Assembly (NCBI GenBank): GCA_051382305.1 | Contig: JBBCAV010000164.1 | Span: 1-59,167 of the forward strand | Direction: 5' to 3' | Source: Bdellovibrionota bacterium FG-2 | GTDB taxonomy: Bacteria > Bdellovibrionota > UBA1018 | DNA: 59,167 nucleotides | In this document: piece by piece, positions 58,428-59,167 of the stretch | Layout: each line of letters starts with the position of its first letter | Numbering within the stretch: position 1 is the first letter of the stretch | The notes under the pieces: generated by a model | The model's input: the letters and a program-made list of their open reading frames with translations, nothing else | The model's database searches: none | What the model was told of the DNA's origin: nothing | Program-made: the position numbers and the translations under genes

Positions 58428-58463
58428 AAAACCCAGGGGAGCGCGATGGCCGCCCTGGGTTTT
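58428..58463. terminator. bidirectional intrinsic terminator-like hairpin
   Basis: AAAACCCAGGG (58428..58438) pairs with CCCTGGGTTTT (58453..58463) around a 14-nt loop. An A-run lies upstream and a T-run downstream. The hairpin sits between convergent genes. Confidence 0.6.
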
Positions 58464-58484
58464 CAGAAATCTTTGCAAGTGTAA

Positions 58485-59167
58485 TTAACGATAAGGTCGC
58501 TCCAAATGATATCTTGTCCCTGGGCAAAAAGTCACCTGAATCGGCGTATAGAAAGTGCCACTCAAGGCGAGGCGCGTTTTGCCGCTAAGAATCGCTTCGA
58601 TTTGAACTTGTCGGTAGTTTCCATTGCATTCGATTTCTAGCTTCTTATGGCCATCGTGATCGATAACATCTAAGATAACGAGATCACTACAAACAATGCT
58701 GCCTGGATGTAAGCATTCAGTAAACCCGTCTGCTTGAAATTAAGAACAGAGGGTCTGTCTGAAGTTTTTGGCCAACGGGTAAGCCCAGACGCTTTTGATG
58801 GGCTGAGCCTTGAGATGGCGGGTATCTAATTTTCCACGCCCCTGGGTGTTGCCGAGGCACCGCCAGTTCGCAGCCTTGTAGGAAGTGCCAGCGAATTTGC
58901 TCATTTCAACGAAGGTTTCAAGGCGGTAAGGGCAAGCACTTTGCTGGCTAAGTGGCGGGACTTGATCCATGGCAGGATCAGAAATCTCGCGTTATTCACC
59001 ACGAGATGCAAGCGCTGCTCGCGTTGTTGCTGTGTCCATCCAAGGTACCGCAATTGCGCCCCAGGTAGGGGTTTATATCCCAGGTAATGGTAGCGGTGGA
59101 TGAACTCATTCCATAGACGAGACTCGCCCTGCGTGCTGACAAGATCAACGCGAAGATCTTTAATTTC
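58485..59167 (-). pseudogene. decayed DUF4338-family gene (DruA-like domain), truncated by the window edge, plus an in-frame start-less 84-codon tail
   Basis: From the window edge on the minus strand, one frame reads LWNEFIHRYHYLGYKPLPGAQLRY..LHLVVNNARFLILPWIKSRHLASKVLAL. The sequence then shifts frame to ..CPYRLETFVEMSKFAGTSYKAANWRCLGNTQGRGKLDTRH...YPLAKNF (ORF 58740..58970). Segments expected between these blocks are missing. After TAA 58740..58742 the same frame stays open for 84 codons, to TAA 58485..58487, without any ATG, GTG or TTG near its beginning. Confidence 0.6.

Noticed and set aside
57991-58527. 178-aa minus-strand ORF overlapping the toxin-antitoxin pair
   Set aside because: It overlaps the MqsA-like gene, which has a clear zinc-ribbon/HTH signature and an RBS. 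Its translation is Arg/Pro-rich and reads through the 22-nt repeat and the terminator hairpin.

Overview
The window is a 59 kb chromosomal segment with about 50% GC. It is gene-dense, and many adjacent genes overlap by 4 nt (ATGA or GTGA). I saw no rRNA, tRNA, CRISPR array, transposase or integrase. The gene content suggests a Bdellovibrio-like predatory or deltaproteobacterial-type organism: bactofilin, a FrzS-like pseudo-receiver, GGDEF and PilZ proteins, a SPOR protein, a fliD-fliS operon and KDO genes. That assignment is inference only. Most of the window is housekeeping: M16 peptidase pair, kdsB-pyrG-kdsA, glpK, radA, ligA, formiminotransferase-cyclodeaminase, a 2-oxoacid:ferredoxin oxidoreductase operon and grpE-dnaK-dnaJ. 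There are two small accessory islets. The first is hipBA plus a twice-frameshifted AAA ATPase, inserted flush against the kdsA stop codon. The second lies after grpE: a DUF4258/MqsA-like toxin-antitoxin pair bracketed by an exact 22-nt palindromic direct repeat, next to a decayed DUF4338 gene. My best candidates for something undescribed are these: (1) a tightly coupled five-gene module downstream of fliD-fliS, comprising a small helical protein, a TPR protein, a 62-aa protein, a GT9-fold protein with an unknown C-terminal half and a 9-nt G/C tract at its 5' end, and a 198-aa unknown; (2) an oxidoreductase subunit in which a GltD-like NAD(P)H/FAD module sits between the gamma and delta (ferredoxin) modules; (3) a GYF-PilZ-PilZ operon; (4) a strong intrinsic terminator inside the leader of a cNMP-binding-domain gene. 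All family calls rest on motifs I recognised by eye; no HMM or BLAST search was run. Several start codons are uncertain because the ORF track renders GTG and TTG starts as M.
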